A stretch of 64,000 nt of DNA from a virus, in the IMG/VR virus record IMGVR_UViG_3300049491_000418, positions 42,776-106,775 of that record. One strand, 5' to 3'. This document shows, one piece after another, positions 19,919 to 27,880 of this stretch. Below the pieces are notes generated by a model. That model ran no database searches, was not told where the DNA came from, and saw only the letters and a list, made by a program, of their open reading frames with translations. Both the position numbers and the translations under genes were made by a program. Each line of letters opens with the position of its first letter. Positions within the stretch are counted from its first letter, which is position 1.

Positions 19919-20055
19919 TGTCATATATCCCACGCCAGATAGGATGGTCTCAGGAGGCAATCCTATTGCAGAAAATATTGAAGAAGTTGATAGGTATTAC
20001 TAAACTTGCAGCAGCTGCAAGCCCAGCAACTACAACTACTACAACTACACTATAA
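19918..20055 (+). CDS. 45-aa protein (absent from ORF track) with QIGWSQE motif and poly-Thr tail
   Basis: Hand translation MSYIPRQIGWSQEAILLQKILKKLIGITKLAAAASPATTTTTTTL*; ATG overlaps upstream TAA (TAATG); N-terminus paralogous to the upstream gene. Confidence 0.8.
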   Translation: MSYIPRQIGWSQEAILLQKILKKLIGITKLAAAASPATTTTTTTL

Positions 20056-20076
20056 TAAACCAATAAATAACTAAAT

Positions 20077-21144
20077 ATGAGAGAGCTAGCCTTCATTACG
20101 GCATGCCCAGATGATACTTACTTTACATGGCAAGTACATTTGTGGCTTGAAAGTTTAAGAGAGATTGGGAAATCAGATAAAGCAGTAGTGCTTGTTTTTA
20201 CTCCAGTCTTTAGGGATCAAAACCCTAAGTGGGAACAAATTGTGGACTTATATCCAGAAGCTGTTTTTAATTTTTACAAAGATGAAGATAACATCTCTTC
20301 TTTATTAGGAATTTATATTCCAGTGTTAAGACCTTATCTTATGTGGAGATTTCTTAAGGAAAATCCTGTATACACAAGTAAGGCATTGTTTTATTGTGAT
20401 AGTGATATTCTCTTTACAGAGAAGTTCAATGTTGATGATTTCTTAGAAGATGATATTAATTACCTATCAGATACTAATAGCTATATAAATGCTGATTACT
20501 TTGATAGTAAAGTAAAAGATGTTCTTCCTGAGAAATTAGAAGAATACAAAACAAGAGATATCCTTGGTGAAGTAACCAGTTTAATTGGTATCACAAGGGA
20601 AATCTGTGAAGCAAATAATAAGAACTCTGGAGGGGCTCAATATTTGCTAAAGAACATGGATAGTTCTTTCTGGTCTAAGGTTATGAATGACTGTATAATC
20701 ATTAGAACCTATTTACTAAAAATAAATAGAGAATTCTTTAAAGATGAGAATGCAGGATTTCAAAGTTGGTGTGCTGACATGTTTGCTGTTCTTTGGAACA
20801 TTTGGTTAAGAAAACAGGAAACAAAAGTTATACCTGAATTAAATTTTGCTTGGTCTACTGATCCTATAGAAAAACTTCAAGAGACTACCATCTTGCATAA
20901 TGCAGGAATTGTAGGAGAGTTTCAAACTACTGGAACAAGTCACAAAATGACTAAGTCTGGAATGCTTACAGTACATGAGGGTTATAATGCCTTTTACAAG
21001 GGTAAGTATCATCAAGGATCAGATCCTATGATGGATCCACACTTAGACAAAGTATTAAATGATACTAACTCTCAGAAACATTGCACTTGGTTTTATGCCA
21101 AGAAATTAAAAGAATTAAGTAACAAATTTCAATTACAGTACTGA
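20077..21144 (+). CDS. GT-A fold glycosyltransferase resembling plant peptidyl-serine galactosyltransferase / Hyp arabinosyltransferase (GT96/GT95-like)
   Basis: Ordered motifs YFTWQ, YIPVLRPY, YCDSDILF (DxD), GGAQY, SWCADMF, ILHNAG parallel the recalled GT96 motifs YFDWQ, YPAINKP, ILDADM, VGG, GWISEMY, LMHYG. Confidence 0.7.
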   Translation: MRELAFITACPDDTYFTWQVHLWLESLREIGKSDKAVVLVFTPVFRDQNPKWEQIVDLYPEAVFNFYKDEDNISSLLGIYIPVLRPYLMWRFLKENPVYTSKALFYCDSDILFTEKFNVDDFLEDDINYLSDTNSYINADYFDSKVKDVLPEKLEEYKTRDILGEVTSLIGITREICEANNKNSGGAQYLLKNMDSSFWSKVMNDCIIIRTYLLKINREFFKDENAGFQSWCADMFAVLWNIWLRKQETKVIPELNFAWSTDPIEKLQETTILHNAGIVGEFQTTGTSHKMTKSGMLTVHEGYNAFYKGKYHQGSDPMMDPHLDKVLNDTNSQKHCTWFYAKKLKELSNKFQLQY

Positions 21145-21857
21145 TGAAAGATTATAATGGACTCATAAATCTAAACTATCCTGTTAAACCTTATTGTCTC
21201 TATATGATACATAATGATGATGACAGGAATGATAAAAATATTTATATAGGAGTTACTACTGATCAAATTCAGAGATGTTATAGACATTCTAAAAATAGAA
21301 TGTATAAAAGGTATCAGAGCTCTTCTCTCTATATGTGGATGAATGATATTATAGATAATAAAAAACAAAAAGTTTCCTTCTTTGTGATGTTAGATAACTT
21401 AAGTGAGGAAGAGGCTTTTGAAAAAGAAAAAGAGTTTATTTCTGATTATCAAAGAATAGGATATACCATTTTAAATGATACTTTAGGAGGTAAAGGTCCT
21501 TCAGGTATTACTCCTTGGAATAAAGGCAAAAAGGATCATCTTTCAGAAGATCAAATCTTATCATTATCTTTATCTCATAAAGGTCAAGTTTCTCCTAGAA
21601 AAGGAGTTACTGTAACTGAAGAAACTAGACAAAGGATTATTCTTGGTAACAAGAGAAGAAAAGAAAGAAATTGGATTAATCCAAGAAAAAAGACAGTATA
21701 TAAGTACTCTAATGACAGAATTCTTTTGGCAACGTATTATTCTTTAGAAGAAGCAGGTCAAAAGGAAAATGTGTCTCCTACAAGTATAGGAGAGTGGTGC
21801 AGAAAAGATAAGAAACCTAGAAATGGGTTTGTATATTCTTATACTGAATTAACTTAG
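21144..21857 (+). CDS. GIY-YIG homing endonuclease with NUMOD3/NUMOD1 DNA-binding repeats
   Basis: CLYMI..IYIGVT..R...H, catalytic E, GY.ILN..GG; PWNKGKK and SPRKG repeats; C-terminal HTH-like domain. Confidence 0.85.
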   Translation: MKDYNGLINLNYPVKPYCLYMIHNDDDRNDKNIYIGVTTDQIQRCYRHSKNRMYKRYQSSSLYMWMNDIIDNKKQKVSFFVMLDNLSEEEAFEKEKEFISDYQRIGYTILNDTLGGKGPSGITPWNKGKKDHLSEDQILSLSLSHKGQVSPRKGVTVTEETRQRIILGNKRRKERNWINPRKKTVYKYSNDRILLATYYSLEEAGQKENVSPTSIGEWCRKDKKPRNGFVYSYTELT

Positions 21858-21883
21858 AATATTAACTATAAAACTTAAACAAA

Positions 21884-22483
21884 ATGGCAACAAGTAAAAA
21901 AGACCTCAAGGCATTTGTAAGAATTGATGGACAAGGTCGTGTGGTAGCAGGGAGCTTAATCTTGAGAAAAGATAAGCCCAAAGTAGGTAAGTGGAGAGAA
22001 ATTCCAGCATATGAGTGCTGTAATCCAATAACCACAACCACAACCACAACACCTTCTCCTCCTCCTCCTCTTACAACAACAACCACCACAGAATTACTTA
22101 ATGATCCTGGTGAAACAACTACTAGTACTACTACTGAGGAACCAACCACAACTAGTACTACTACTACTGAAGAGTTGACAACAACATCAACTACTACAGA
22201 GGAGCTAACTACTACAAGTACTACAACTGTATTTGTTGATCCAAATGCTTTTACAACAACTACTACAACTTCATTGATTCCTGATCCAAATGACATCACT
22301 ACAACTACCAGTACTACTACTGAGAATGATGATGATGATGATGACGACGATGATGATGACCAAGGTGATGATGATAACAATGGTCATGGTCATGGTCATG
22401 TCCACATTGATGTAGATGTTGATAATGATGGTGATGGTGATGTTGATATTGACATTAATGTTGATAATGATGATGATAATTAA
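21884..22483 (+). CDS. Mucin-like low-complexity protein (globular N-terminus, Thr/Pro-rich stalk, Asp/His-rich tail)
   Basis: Basic N-terminal domain ending YECCNP, then poly-T, PSPPPP, three TTTSTTT(T)EE units, poly-D, GHGHGH, DVDVDNDGDGD. Confidence 0.75.
   Translation: MATSKKDLKAFVRIDGQGRVVAGSLILRKDKPKVGKWREIPAYECCNPITTTTTTTPSPPPPLTTTTTTELLNDPGETTTSTTTEEPTTTSTTTTEELTTTSTTTEELTTTSTTTVFVDPNAFTTTTTTSLIPDPNDITTTTSTTTENDDDDDDDDDDDQGDDDNNGHGHGHVHIDVDVDNDGDGDVDIDINVDNDDDN
22031..22480 (+). repeat. Coding trinucleotide repeats (ACN)n and (GAT)n
   Basis: Runs of aca/act/acc then gat/gac codons, with synonymous variation. Confidence 0.85.
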
Positions 22484-22496
22484 TAACTTCTAAACT

Positions 22497-22895
22497 ATGG
22501 CAATTTTTCCAAAAGAAATGATGGCTAATGCAGATATGTCCTTGGAAGGTGTAGCGTCAAAGCTTACATACTTCCAAGTGCAACTGCACTTGCAACATTG
22601 GCAAACTGTGAGTTATGCTGAGCATAAAGCCATAGATTCACTATATGATTTTGTGGTAGGATTTACTGATGATGTTGTAGAGAGACTTATGGGTTATAAT
22701 AACAGAAGAGTTAAAACATTTACCTTACAACCTCTTTCTGCAGAGCCTAGTACTACAACTGTTAATGATATACTTACTTTTGCCTATAATCTTCAAGAGT
22801 GGGCAGGTGAAAATCATTATTGTGATATTGAAAATCTAGCTCAATCTCTATCAGGAGAGGCAGCTAAAACTAAGTATTTACTAACATTGAAATAA
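22497..22895 (+). CDS. Ferritin/Dps-like four-helix protein (DUF5856-like)
   Basis: HLQHWQT.SYAEHKA.D.LYD...D.VVE..MG and C-terminal KTKYLLTLK. Confidence 0.75.
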   Translation: MAIFPKEMMANADMSLEGVASKLTYFQVQLHLQHWQTVSYAEHKAIDSLYDFVVGFTDDVVERLMGYNNRRVKTFTLQPLSAEPSTTTVNDILTFAYNLQEWAGENHYCDIENLAQSLSGEAAKTKYLLTLK

Positions 22896-23179
22896 TGGAT
22901 GTTAATAAGAAATTCTTTCCTTCTATAATGCCTGAAAATGAAGCAGTTTATTTTGCATCATTATATGGTGTTATTGAATCTGTAGATGAATTATCTTCAT
23001 TAGAAATAACCAAAACTCCTAAGGCTTATCTGTTTAGATTAATACCTTCTTTACCAAAATACACTAACTTGATTATTGAGGAGCTTATTAAGTTCCATAA
23101 TTTAATAGGAATTAGATTGGACATGGGAAAAAGTATAAAATCAACAGCAGTTATAACCTATTCTATTAGTTTCAATTAA
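22895..23179 (+). CDS. Hypothetical protein
   Basis: 94 aa, TAATG-coupled to the upstream gene. Confidence 0.7.
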   Translation: MDVNKKFFPSIMPENEAVYFASLYGVIESVDELSSLEITKTPKAYLFRLIPSLPKYTNLIIEELIKFHNLIGIRLDMGKSIKSTAVITYSISFN

Positions 23180-23189
23180 AAAATTTTTA

Positions 23190-23197
23190 TAACTTTG
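23190..23197 (+). promoter_or_regulatory. Bacteroidota-type -7 element TAACTTTG
   Basis: TAnnTTTG in the intergenic gap upstream of ATG 23226. Confidence 0.45.
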
Positions 23198-23225
23198 TTA
23201 CTTAAACCATTAAAAAAACTAAATT

Positions 23226-23519
23226 ATGGCAACTTATGATCCAAACAAAGCCTATACATGGGAACCTAATACTAAATTTGTCTTATCTGGACAAGATTTT
23301 AGTTTATTGTTACACTCAGTAAGAGGGATTTTATCAACTAAAGAGGCAACAAATGTCATTTTAGCTTATGAAATGAACAAAAAAATTGAAGAGATCATGG
23401 CTAGTGCTGTGGCAGAAGGTAAAGTAGTTGAATCTGAAGCTCCAGGACAAGTAGTTAATGATACTGAAGTTCATGATGCGGAAGTGTTGCCAGCTAATAA
23501 AAAGCTTAAAAAAGCCTAA
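23226..23519 (+). CDS. Hypothetical protein
   Basis: 97 aa ORF with A-rich leader. Confidence 0.7.
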   Translation: MATYDPNKAYTWEPNTKFVLSGQDFSLLLHSVRGILSTKEATNVILAYEMNKKIEEIMASAVAEGKVVESEAPGQVVNDTEVHDAEVLPANKKLKKA

Positions 23520-23520
23520 T

Positions 23521-23661
23521 ATGAAAAGTTCCAAACCTAAAAAAGCTCCCAAAGTGGCTCCTCCTTCAAGAGAGAAGCCTAACTATATGAGAGAGTCTGA
23601 TACTGATTCTAAGAGAACTAATCCTCAAGCACCAATGACTAAAAAACGTTTGTCAAAATAA
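23521..23661 (+). CDS. Small basic protein (46 aa)
   Basis: MKSSKPKKAPKVAPP...KKRLSK; ATG 1 nt after the upstream stop is more plausible than the track start at 23458. Confidence 0.6.
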   Translation: MKSSKPKKAPKVAPPSREKPNYMRESDTDSKRTNPQAPMTKKRLSK

Positions 23662-23688
23662 TTCTTCTGTTCTCGTGTTTGTTCAAAG

Positions 23689-23717
23689 AAAAAGCCTCTT
23701 TAATTAGAGGCTTTTTT
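23689..23717. terminator. Bidirectional intrinsic terminator at the convergence of the two gene blocks
   Basis: AAAAAGCCTCT-TTAATT-AGAGGCTTTTTT, with an A-tract and a T-tract on the two sides. Confidence 0.85.
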
Positions 23718-24350
23718 GATTATTGATAGTGCTTCTTCATTACCACTCAGAGGTATCCAAGAGAATGATTCTACATCTTCATGAGCTTTTAGGAACTCTT
23801 CTATTTCTTCTCTGGCATAAACATTATGAAATAGATTCTGATGTGGATCATAGTTGATTATTTCTCCATGGCCTGGTATAAGGAAGAACACATGAATGGC
23901 TTCTTTAGAGGCTAGTCTTATCATTTCCTTCAGAACTGGTTTAAAGGTAGGTTGATGTTCAAGGACGTGTCTTGAAAACACAACTTCTGCTTCATTATCT
24001 TCTAAAGGAACACTATGTGCTTCAGCTAATATCATTGGAACACCAATCCCTGTATTTCTCTTATAGAGGAACTGACTACTATCTACTCCTAGATATTTTA
24101 ATTCTGGATATTCTATTTTGTAGGCATTGTGTTCTGAAGCAGCACCACAGCCTAAATCAATCAAATACTTGTATCCTTTATTCATAATATAAAGTCTAAA
24201 GAATACTTTACTTAAGGCACTACTAGAGCCTACCCAGGAAGAGAATTCTTCAAATCTCAAAGCTAGATTTTCATCCCACCAAGTTTGTACAAATTCTTGT
24301 TCAGGTTTACTCTCCATCCATTCTTTCTCGAAATTTTCATTATCACTCAT
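23700..24350 (-). CDS. Class I SAM-dependent methyltransferase
   Basis: LIDLGCG motif I, YLGVDSS, VVFSRHVLEH. Confidence 0.85.
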   Translation of the reverse strand: MSDNENFEKEWMESKPEQEFVQTWWDENLALRFEEFSSWVGSSSALSKVFFRLYIMNKGYKYLIDLGCGAASEHNAYKIEYPELKYLGVDSSQFLYKRNTGIGVPMILAEAHSVPLEDNEAEVVFSRHVLEHQPTFKPVLKEMIRLASKEAIHVFFLIPGHGEIINYDPHQNLFHNVYAREEIEEFLKAHEDVESFSWIPLSGNEEALSIIKKASN

Positions 24351-25107
24351 ATACTATTTTTTTATGTACTAGATTAAATAATTTGTCTTTGTTCTCTAAT
24401 AATTCCTTCTTAATGCTGGAAATATCCACATCAGATATCCTTACAATCTCTTCAAAACCACCTTTATCAGAAATAAGAAATTCAAACTTCTCTGTAGGTA
24501 CTGTATATGTTGGGGGATTATAATGAAAATAAGCATTAATATAGCTTTCATCATTAACTCCAGGCTCATATGAAATTTTCTTATCTTCTTTTTGATAAAA
24601 AACTAGTGTTTTACAGAACTCGAAAATATTACTCTTACTTCCTCCAAAAAAAGCACCATAATAATACATTTGTGGTAATGGTGTATTTTCTGGAACATAA
24701 GCTTTAGATAAAGGATTTCTATCAAAAGACTTTCTTTCTTTCATCCAAGATTGATCCCCATAGTGTTGACCTCCTACTAATTCTCCTAAAAACCAATCTT
24801 CTGTAAATTCTTTATCTATATTAGTATCTGAATCAAAGTAAAATTTGAAATCTTCGTCATTATAACTCTCCTCAAGACTAATAATATTGGTAAATTTTGA
24901 ATTAGTAGCATCTACCCAATTACTATGAGTAGTATAATGATAAATTACATTTATACTATCAGGAAGATAAGGTCTAGGATCTGTATCTGTAAACAGATGA
25001 AATACTATTTCAGCTTTTCCTTTATAAAAGTGCATAAATCTCTTTATAAATCGTAGTGCAAGAGCAAAATATGCATTAGTTCCTACTATTATTATACCTA
25101 TCTTCAT
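24343..25107 (-). CDS. Family 6 (ABO/alpha-1,3-Gal(NAc)T-like) glycosyltransferase
   Basis: MKIGIIIVGTNAY, HLFTD, YFDSD (DxD), FDRNPLSKAYV, YYYGAFFGG, NDESYIN; start revised to ATG 25107. Confidence 0.85.
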   Translation of the reverse strand: MKIGIIIVGTNAYFALALRFIKRFMHFYKGKAEIVFHLFTDTDPRPYLPDSINVIYHYTTHSNWVDATNSKFTNIISLEESYNDEDFKFYFDSDTNIDKEFTEDWFLGELVGGQHYGDQSWMKERKSFDRNPLSKAYVPENTPLPQMYYYGAFFGGSKSNIFEFCKTLVFYQKEDKKISYEPGVNDESYINAYFHYNPPTYTVPTEKFEFLISDKGGFEEIVRISDVDISSIKKELLENKDKLFNLVHKKIVYE

Positions 25108-25684
25108 ATTGTAAATTTGTTTTGTTAATTCTTGATCCATTAAGCATATGTTTTAACATACTGTGACTTACAGTAAGGGTTTCTGCTGCTGCTCTAGCTG
25201 AAGGATAAACTTCTTTAGTAATTATATTGATAACTTTTTTGGCAGAAGCAGGAACTAATCCTTTTCTTAAATTTCTATTTCTTTCAGCAGCTTCAGGACT
25301 CCTAACTTTACCTGAATTAGCTTTACCTATTTTAAGTTTATGTTCTAAAGATTTACTTTTTCTCATTTTTTCTATAGTTTCTGGACTATTTTTACCTCTT
25401 GAACCCCCTTCTCTAATATTAAGTAGATCAAATCCTTGTTCTTTAAAGAATTTCATATAATGAATTTCAAAATAATCCATACTTTCTTGAGTTGATTCTA
25501 TAGTTAATTCATGTATTATCTCAAAAGTATGCTTCTCAATACCATACTTAATAAAAGAATTATGAAGTTTTCCTTGAGTTCTAGCTAAATCTCTGCTATA
25601 ATTATAGAATCTTGTTTCTATTTCCCAACTCTGTCCAATATAAACTTTACCAGAGGGACTAGTTATTTTATAAATACCTATCAT
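25076..25684 (-). CDS. GIY-YIG homing endonuclease with NUMOD repeats
   Basis: MIGIYKITSPSGKVYIGQS..R, LNIREGG, NSPETIEKMRKS; start revised to ATG 25684. Confidence 0.9.
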   Translation of the reverse strand: MIGIYKITSPSGKVYIGQSWEIETRFYNYSRDLARTQGKLHNSFIKYGIEKHTFEIIHELTIESTQESMDYFEIHYMKFFKEQGFDLLNIREGGSRGKNSPETIEKMRKSKSLEHKLKIGKANSGKVRSPEAAERNRNLRKGLVPASAKKVINIITKEVYPSARAAAETLTVSHSMLKHMLNGSRINKTNLQYEDRYNNSRN

Positions 25685-25697
25685 AATATTAAATATT

Positions 25698-25717
25698 AAA
25701 GCCCTCCTAAGAGGGCT
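25698..25717 (-). terminator. Hairpin/terminator
   Basis: AGCCCTC-loop-GAGGGCT followed by TT on the - strand. Confidence 0.55.
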
Positions 25718-25728
25718 GTTAATTTCCA

Positions 25729-26019
25729 TCACCAGATATGCGCTATGTCAAAAATACTCACCATTATTACTTCCTTCTCTTCTGATAGAATGATTTTGGC
25801 TGCTTTAGCTGCTGATGTAGGATCTATCATAACTTCATCTCCCTCAGCGAGGTCTGTTATATCACTTCCTACAGCATAAACTCTTAATCTACCAAAACTT
25901 CTCATTTTTTCAGCATCAAGCATGGCTTGAGTTTCAGCATCTACATATGCTAAGCTACTTACTTTCTCTACAGGGAGTTCTAGATATATCCTTCTCCCTA
26001 ATAATTTTCTAAATTCCAT
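25729..26019 (-). CDS. groES: GroES-like co-chaperonin
   Basis: KLLGRRIYLE...VYAVGSDITDLAEGDEV...IFDIAHIW. Confidence 0.75.
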   Translation of the reverse strand: MEFRKLLGRRIYLELPVEKVSSLAYVDAETQAMLDAEKMRSFGRLRVYAVGSDITDLAEGDEVMIDPTSAAKAAKIILSEEKEVIMVSIFDIAHIW

Positions 26020-26368
26020 CTGTTGTTACTGGTTCGTTAGTATATAAAAAAGTGTTTTCAGGAATAGAGGTTAATGCTTTAAATCTCTCCTTATCCTCTT
26101 TAGTAAGATGAATCTCAGATTGTAACATCTGTGTTTCTATCTTAGGTACAGGCTTCCCATTCATATTATGAGTGATAATCTGTTTCCATTCTTCATGGAA
26201 GTCATCCAGAATGACAATTAATTTGCCATCTTCTGTCTCTACAGATCTAATTACCTTCTCTATATTGAAGGATGCCATCATTTTTTTAATAATTGGCTCA
26301 TCATTTGCTCTTGTTGGAGCACCATTAGCAACTGTGTACTCCATGGTGTAAAAAAATTGATTTCTCAT
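26009..26368 (-). CDS. Hypothetical protein
   Basis: 119 aa coupled ORF. Confidence 0.7.
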   Translation of the reverse strand: MRNQFFYTMEYTVANGAPTRANDEPIIKKMMASFNIEKVIRSVETEDGKLIVILDDFHEEWKQIITHNMNGKPVPKIETQMLQSEIHLTKEDKERFKALTSIPENTFLYTNEPVTTDGI

Positions 26369-26717
26369 TGGTTTAAGGCTGAAGTTAATGTATAAGTATT
26401 TGATATTGTATTAGTGTTAGCTAAATATCCTGGATTAGATGTTCCTATTCCTACATTTCCCGTTCCATAAATCTGGAATTGATTAGTACCAGTTGATGTA
26501 TATCCTTGGAAAGGAACATTTAAAAATTTCTGACTATAATTTGAATGTTGTCAGGATCTTGAGCATATTCCTCAGGAATCTCTCTAGTGACCGCAAATAG
26601 CAAGTTTTTTTCTGATTTAGCCAATCTAGTTGTTGGCCCTAAAATCACTTCTGAGTCTACGTACACTTTGTCAGTGTATTTATGCAGTAATACTGCATAC
26701 TGAAATAAATACTTCAT
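26365..26717 (-). CDS. 65-aa protein (26520-26717) with probable -1 frameshift extension to 26365 (117 aa)
   Basis: A AAT TTT slippery heptamer directly before TAA; -1 frame open for 52 codons, ending in a TGA that overlaps the next ATG. Confidence 0.65.
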
Positions 26718-26719
26718 AG

Positions 26720-26827
26720 TTATTGGTTTTTATTTAATTCTTCTTCTAATAATTTGTTACATTTTTCTAGACAGATATTATAAAGCATTACATATGCTGC
26801 TATGTCTTTATTATCCATTATACTCAT
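26720..26827 (-). CDS. Small hypothetical protein
   Basis: Only the 3' part of track ORF 26720-26998 (MSIMDNKDIAAY...) lies mostly outside phoH. Confidence 0.45.
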   Translation of the reverse strand: MSIMDNKDIAAYVMLYNICLEKCNKLLEEELNKNQ

Positions 26828-27461
26828 ATTCAAGTATTTTTCCAACAAGATCACTTCTGTGGTTTTCTTTGAGTTTAATCCATCCAATTCCTTCAATTTT
26901 CTTGGACAATTCAATAGCATAACTAAGTCCGTTATATTCATCTCTGATGTCTCTTTGCTCATTGTCTCCATTAATAATGATTTTACCTGTTTTACCAAGT
27001 CTTGTTAGAATAGCAAGCATCTCAGCTTTGGTAAGGTTCTGTGCTTCTTCAACTACAAGAACATCCTCAACTGTTTTACCTCTAATAAATTGTACTGGAA
27101 GTGCTTTAACCTTACCATCTTTAATCATTTCAATAATTTTGATGTTGTCATAACAGGACATAAGATTTTCCTGAAATGCTTCAAGATAAGGATTGAATTT
27201 ATCCTTTAAATCTCCAGGTAAGAATCCTAGAGAGTTTCCTACTTCAATGGCAGCTCTTGTGACTAAAATAGTGTCACATTGCTTTGTCATTAAAAAATCT
27301 AGTGCTGTTTGAGCACATACAAGAGATTTACCACTACCAGCTCTCCCTGTAACAATAACAATTTGGTTATCAATTATTAGCTGTTTGGCTAATTTTTGTT
27401 CCTCATTGAGGGTGACATTATAGTGGATGTCTCCCTTTCTGGTTCTGTTTGGGTCTTTCAT
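26811..27461 (-). CDS. phoH: PhoH-like ATPase
   Basis: GRAGSGKS, LGFLPGDL, IRGKT, EEAQN, TRLGK, GDNEQRD, HRS. Confidence 0.95.
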   Translation of the reverse strand: MKDPNRTRKGDIHYNVTLNEEQKLAKQLIIDNQIVIVTGRAGSGKSLVCAQTALDFLMTKQCDTILVTRAAIEVGNSLGFLPGDLKDKFNPYLEAFQENLMSCYDNIKIIEMIKDGKVKALPVQFIRGKTVEDVLVVEEAQNLTKAEMLAILTRLGKTGKIIINGDNEQRDIRDEYNGLSYAIELSKKIEGIGWIKLKENHRSDLVGKILEYEYNG

Positions 27462-27880
27462 GACACATTGAATTTAGTTGTAACAAAGTTAATCTTTTCT
27501 TTATATTTATCACTAAGAATGCCTCTAGTTTTACAATCATGGCATTCTAAACATACTAGCCAAATGTTCTCTTCCTCAAACTCTAAGCTCTTATGCTTCT
27601 GTTTCTCCAGGATATGATCAAACATATAACTTTTAGGTTCATTACCTAAGAACTTACCACAATGTTGACACACATGTGATCTTTTATTCCAAATAGACAT
27701 AAAAAAGTCATTTCTAGCCTTTTGTTTTTCTGGTCCAACTACTTCACTTTTTCCTAAGCATGATAGAAAATCTTTAGCTATTTGTGGATTTACTTTAAGT
27801 TTGGTTTTGGGGTAGTGGTAACCACATACCCCTTTTCCAAAAACAGGTCTATTACACCCATCTACATTACATGTTCTCAT
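27458..27880 (-). CDS. Zn-finger HNH-like nuclease (NinG-like)
   Basis: CQHCG...FDHIL...NIWLVCLECH. Confidence 0.65.
   Translation of the reverse strand: MRTCNVDGCNRPVFGKGVCGYHYPKTKLKVNPQIAKDFLSCLGKSEVVGPEKQKARNDFFMSIWNKRSHVCQHCGKFLGNEPKSYMFDHILEKQKHKSLEFEEENIWLVCLECHDCKTRGILSDKYKEKINFVTTKFNVS

Noticed and set aside
21862-22380. Antisense poly-Val/Ser ORF
   Set aside because: It is the shadow of the Thr/Asp codon repeats on the + strand.
22031-22480. CRISPR array or DGR repeat
   Set aside because: The repeats are coding trinucleotide runs without spacers, and there is no reverse transcriptase in the window.
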